This document shows positions 62,401-64,000 of a stretch of 64,000 nucleotides of DNA, piece by piece (the first letter of the stretch is position 1; the number at the start of each line of letters is the position of its first letter). The notes beneath the pieces were generated by a model. The model saw only the letters and a list, made by a program, of their open reading frames with translations, was not told the origin of the DNA and did no database searches. The translations under genes and the position numbers were made by a program. Source of the DNA: Chiloscyllium plagiosum. Lineage: Eukaryota. The stretch spans positions 76,703,674 through 76,767,673 of the forward strand of contig NC_057711.1 of assembly GCF_004010195.1 (NCBI RefSeq), written 5' to 3'.

Positions 62401-64000
62401 AGGCATCAAGGTGATGTATAAGAAAATACACAAACTTTGGATACTGGAAATCTGAAATGATCACAGAAGATGCAGGAGAAACTCACCAGGTCTGGCAGCA
62501 TCTGTGGAGAGCTAGAGAATTAATGTTTTGAGTCCAATATGACTCATCTTCAGAAATGGAGCAACAGTTGATGCGATGTTCTGGATGCTGAGGAATGGGG
62601 AAGTGGGAGCAATCTTCCAGGTGGAGGACAATGCTGCTAGGTAGCAGGAAGATGTTAGCCCATATAATAGGTATCATAGTAATTATTTTCTTATTGAGAC
62701 AGATGTCTTGAAGTTTATTAACAACATTAGCTATTTATATGGTTAAAAACCTTGAACTTGCATATAGTCTACTAATGACATTATGTGACTAACATTATGC
62801 ATGGCCAACTGACTGACTACCATCTCAACACAGTGCATTGATTCAATTTCACTGCATACTGCTGAAGGTGAGGTGGGAACTTCATACTAGAATATTGCCT
62901 GTTGGATACCATGCATCTGTCTTAAAGATGCACTGCTTTTCAGTGACGTATGGAATAATACAGCAGTATTCACCTGACATATAGGAAAGTAAGGAATATA
63001 CAATAGCATTCAAGAATCATTTGTTTCATACATTAAAAGAACTGATATGTTTCTCACAGTTAGTAAAATATCAGAACTCAAAGATAAAAGTGAAAACTTT
63101 TAGAATCAGAATTAGGCAATTCCTGAGTGCAACAAGCAATTTTTCTAAAGAGGATTTGGCTCAGAAGCATATGACATGCCAACAAATCTTCTTGTTGCCA
63201 ACAGGGCAAAAAATGTACAATTCAAAATAACTGTCATCAAATGAAAGGAACATTTTATTCCTAAACCTCTCCAAATCGCAGAAAGCTACAAACTTGGAAA
63301 CAGTATCTAGACAAATAGTGAAACAGTGGGTGTGTACATTCCACACTGAACCATTTGTCACTGAATTGCAACTTCTGCAATACTTTTCTTAGACCATACT
63401 TTACAAAACAGGTTCATAGTGTCGTGGTGGATGAAAGAAACCAGGAGAAGTTAATAAGATTGCAAAACCTTACTTTTCAGCAATCATGTAAGATTGCTTT
63501 TAGCATGTATAAAGTGACGATAGCACAGCTTTTATGTCCTGTTAGAATACTTCTGCCAAGTCTAAGGGGGCGAGTCCTGACAGAAAAGTACTGTTCAAAG
63601 AGATTTAATGAGTTGCTATCACCCTAATGGAAACCATACATCACAAGTTAGAAATACAAAATATTTTCATTCCCAAAAGATAAGCCATAATGTAATTGCT
63701 TATTGAATGATCACCAAGGTAGTAAAAAGAGCATATTCTAGTGGAAATACAAAACTGAGAAAGCAATTGGGTGGAGTTCACAATTTTGAAAAGATTTTAG
63801 GGGGCTATGGAGAAGCTAGAGCTGCACTGCATTTATGTCACTAATAATCACCCAAATGACAGAGACTTTTGAAAGAAGCTGATGGTAAATCAGCAGTACA
63901 CCAACATGTATAGTTACAGTTCAATCATGAGTAGAAACAAGTCCTTCAGTGAAGTAACTCGAAATAAAGGGATGATTTATTTGAAAATCACCATTGGGTA

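Overview
Vertebrate genomic DNA, very probably an elasmobranch (shark or ray), inferred from HE1/V-SINE-type SINEs, a Deu-domain SINE and abundant CR1 LINEs. There is one intact protein-coding gene: a single-coding-exon core-2 beta-1,6-N-acetylglucosaminyltransferase (GCNT1-like, 46367-47659, + strand). It has a clear upstream splice acceptor, three uORFs and a probable ~2 kb 3'UTR. Nearly everything else is decayed and often nested transposons: many CR1 copies, an older CR1-clade LINE family, tRNA-SINEs, Tigger/pogo MITEs and a transposase relic, a solo LTR with a 5-bp TSD, Harbinger transposase and Myb/SANT relics, and a Penelope-like RT relic. The most notable hidden signal is more than ten Penelope-type terminal-repeat fragments from several families. 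They carry minimal hammerhead-ribozyme cores (CUGANGA...GAAA plus a palindromic helix III) and often form inverted hairpins; one pair lies in the presumptive GCNT1 3'UTR. Other observations are two short locally templated duplications at CR1 copies and a candidate spliced, polyadenylated + strand unit at 55.0-56.7 kb. I did not find a clearly novel multi-gene system. Most ORF-track entries are TE fragments or chance ORFs. Repeat boundaries were judged by eye and are approximate.
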